Source: Azolla caroliniana (Eukaryota > Plantae > Polypodiophyta). Taken from it: 64,000 bases of DNA. Position 1 is the stretch's first letter. Each line of letters begins with the position of its first letter. The notes under the pieces were generated by a model. That model did no database searches. It was not told the origin of the DNA and was given only the letters and a program-made list of their open reading frames with translations. Location of the stretch: NCBI GenBank assembly GCA_043228905.1, contig JBHGNT010000018.1:4092001-4156000 (forward strand), given 5' to 3'. The translations under genes were made by a program, and so were the position numbers. Of this stretch, positions 61,472-64,000 are shown piece by piece.

Positions 61472-64000
61472 TATCACGGATAGATCATAGGCTCAAGAGA
61501 CAAGAAAGAAGATAGACAAATGGATGAGTAGTATTAACGGAAAGACTCCATAACTGGTGTTGTTCACCTTGAATTCCTTCAAGGTGAACTCCTCTATTTA
61601 TACTACATGGCATCCATACTTGTTGCACGCATGTGAATCTACAATAGAGCATGTAGGTATGCATGCATGTGCCAAGTGTAAATACTACAAGGGAGAACTA
61701 TGCACATGATGCTAGCAAAACAATAAAGACCAATTACATACATAGTTGTGTACTAGATATATTGGTTAACCCATGATACTATATTATAACATGGTCATGT
61801 CAAGAGTTCGCATCTTGACATTATCCCCCCTCCGATGCTGCCTTCCCAAATCGGCCGATGATTTGTGGGGATATCGGTGATAAAAATCTTGGACGACCTT
61901 TGGGGCATTTTGTAAATTTTCCGATGGTTCCCACGTGGCCTCAGACATGGGGTAACCCCTCCATAGGACAAGGTATTGCAAGTGTCGATGGTGCCAATGC
62001 GAGTCAAGGATTTGGTCGACCTCGTATTCCTCCCCTGTCGTCAATTGCACAGGTGGTGGTGGAGGGGCCTGACGTCCTAGGAGTTGTGAAGCATAAGGGG
62101 GTTCGAGGAGGGAGACATGAAAAACATCATGAATCCGGAAGTGGGATGGAAGGGCGAGCCGGAAGGCGACAGGATTGATGCACTCGATGATACTGAATGG
62201 TCCCAACTTCTTGTAATCAAGTTTCGCACATGGACGAGTAGTAGAGATGTGTCGACGTAACAACCAGACCATGTCTCCAACGACAAAATGTGGAGTGGCA
62301 GATCAATGGCGATCAGCTTGCTCCTTGTATCGTTCACTAGCAAGACTAAGCTCCAAGGATAAATCATGATGTAGTTCTTCCAAAATGCGAGCACGATCCT
62401 CCACCGAAGGGTTCACGAAAGTGGTAGGAAGGGAAATGTTGAAGCAAGGATGTAAACCATAGTTGACAAAGAAGGGATTGACGTCAGTCGATGCATGGAG
62501 AGAATTATTGTAGGCGAATTCCGAGAGTGAAAGTAAGTTGACCCAATCATCTTGTTGGTAACTAACAGAGCATCGAAGATACTGCTCAAGGATTTGGTTG
62601 ACACGCTCCGTTTGCCCGTCAGTTTGGGGGTGATAAGTGGATGACAACTTGACAGAGATGCCTAAAGTTTGTAGCAGGCGCTGCCAGAAGTGAGAGACAA
62701 ACTGGGTTCCGCCATCGGAGATGACATCATTGGGGAGTCCATGCAAGTGTACTACATTGTTGAGTAGTAGATGCACCATTCCTTCTCCGGAAATGGTTTT
62801 GGAGCATGGAGTGAAGTGAGCCATCTTCGTAAACCGATCGACAACGAACAACACCGAGTCATAGCTATTGACCAAGGGTAGATCAGTTATCAGGTCCATA
62901 GAGATAGAGGCCCAGGGACGACGAGGACATGGAAGCGGCTGTAGTAAGCCGTATGGCCAATGATGAATGGCTTTGGAGCGAACACAAACCTCACAACTCT
63001 TTATGTATTCTCTGACCAACTTCCATGGTTGTGGCCACCAATACCCCCGAGAGACTAGCTCGAGGGTTTTCACGACCCCGAAATGACCTGCAAGTGGGTC
63101 ATTGTGGCATTCCCGCAACACCCGGGTGCGACATGGGCCCTCTGGGACGTATAAGAGATTATCTCGGAACAACAACCACAACCCCTCTTGTATGATGAAG
63201 GTGTCAAGATCCTTCCTTTCGGTCGCCTTGGAGGGGTTTTGTAGACTATCTCGAATCTCGTTAGCGAACGCATCGGTCTTGGACACATCAGTGATCTATT
63301 GGAGTAATGAATCATCCTGCAACATACAAGTGGCAAAAAGATGCAATTGGTCGGGTTTCAACAAACGTCTAGATTGTTGAGCATAAGCAGCATCCCCAGG
63401 GCGGAGTGCAAGGTTAGCTTGGCGAGAAAGGGCATCGGCCTTCCCATGTTGGTCACCAGGTCGAAATACGATCTCAAAATCATAGTCGGCGAGAAATGTC
63501 GACCAACGGGCCTGCCTTCGATTCAAAGTACGAGTGGTGGAAAAATAAACTAAATTTTTATGATCAGTCACTACCTGGACACGATGTTGTGCACTAGCCA
63601 ACTAGGGTCGCCATTCTTCAAAGGCAGCAATGATAGTAGCAAGCTCCTTGTCGTATATGGGATAATTGATTTTGGATGCTGTGAATTTCCGGGAGTAGTA
63701 AGCCACTGGGTGCATTAGGTTGGTGTTGTCTGCCTAGGATAAGATGGCACCAATGGCGAAGTCAGAGGCGTCGGTTTCGACTTGGAAGGGTTTTGTGGGG
63801 TCGGCATGTAGCAGCACTGGGGCAGTGATGAATGCGTGTTTGAGTGAGTCGAACGCATTTTGCACCTCCGAGGTCCATAAAAATGGAGTGCCTTTATGGG
63901 TGAGAGCGATAAGAGGTTGTGCTAGGGTGGAAAACCCCCCTTGATGAAGCAACGGTAAAAATTCGCGAAGCCGAGGAAGGATTGCACATCTTTAAGTCGC
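61472..64000 (-). mobile_element. Chromovirus (Tf2/Tcn1-like) 3' half: RH, integrase, chromodomain, PPT and 3' LTR about 61472-61820
   Basis: ETDASDFAIGA, HPQTDGQTER, KLGPF, EYEVDQILD..YLVLWRGYPMSEATWEP; ggaggggggataa PPT. Confidence 0.92.

Overview
Eukaryotic land-plant DNA, probably from a non-seed plant such as a fern or lycophyte (inferred from the retroelement types, not proven). Most of the window is nested, mostly decayed LTR retrotransposons: Ty1/copia, Tf2/Tcn1-like chromoviruses, a gypsy element with a roughly 1,000-codon extra 3' ORF, and a gypsy family with a tRNA-Trp PBS and 4-bp TSDs. There is also a LINE fragment. Host genes are an intact PSKR/RLP2-like LRR receptor-like protein (40295-42433, minus strand) and its truncated tandem paralogue. 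The standout is 31-3256: a spliced gene (four GT-AG introns, each restoring frame) that is now pseudogenised. It encodes a ParB/Srx-like domain fused to a prokaryote-type beta-class N6-adenine/N4-cytosine DNA methyltransferase and may be cargo of a DNA transposon. Other notable signals are Tf1-style self-priming geometry in a chromovirus LTR, an apparent N-CG-N target preference for the Trp-primed gypsy family, a six-level nest, and a 63-bp-arm hairpin.
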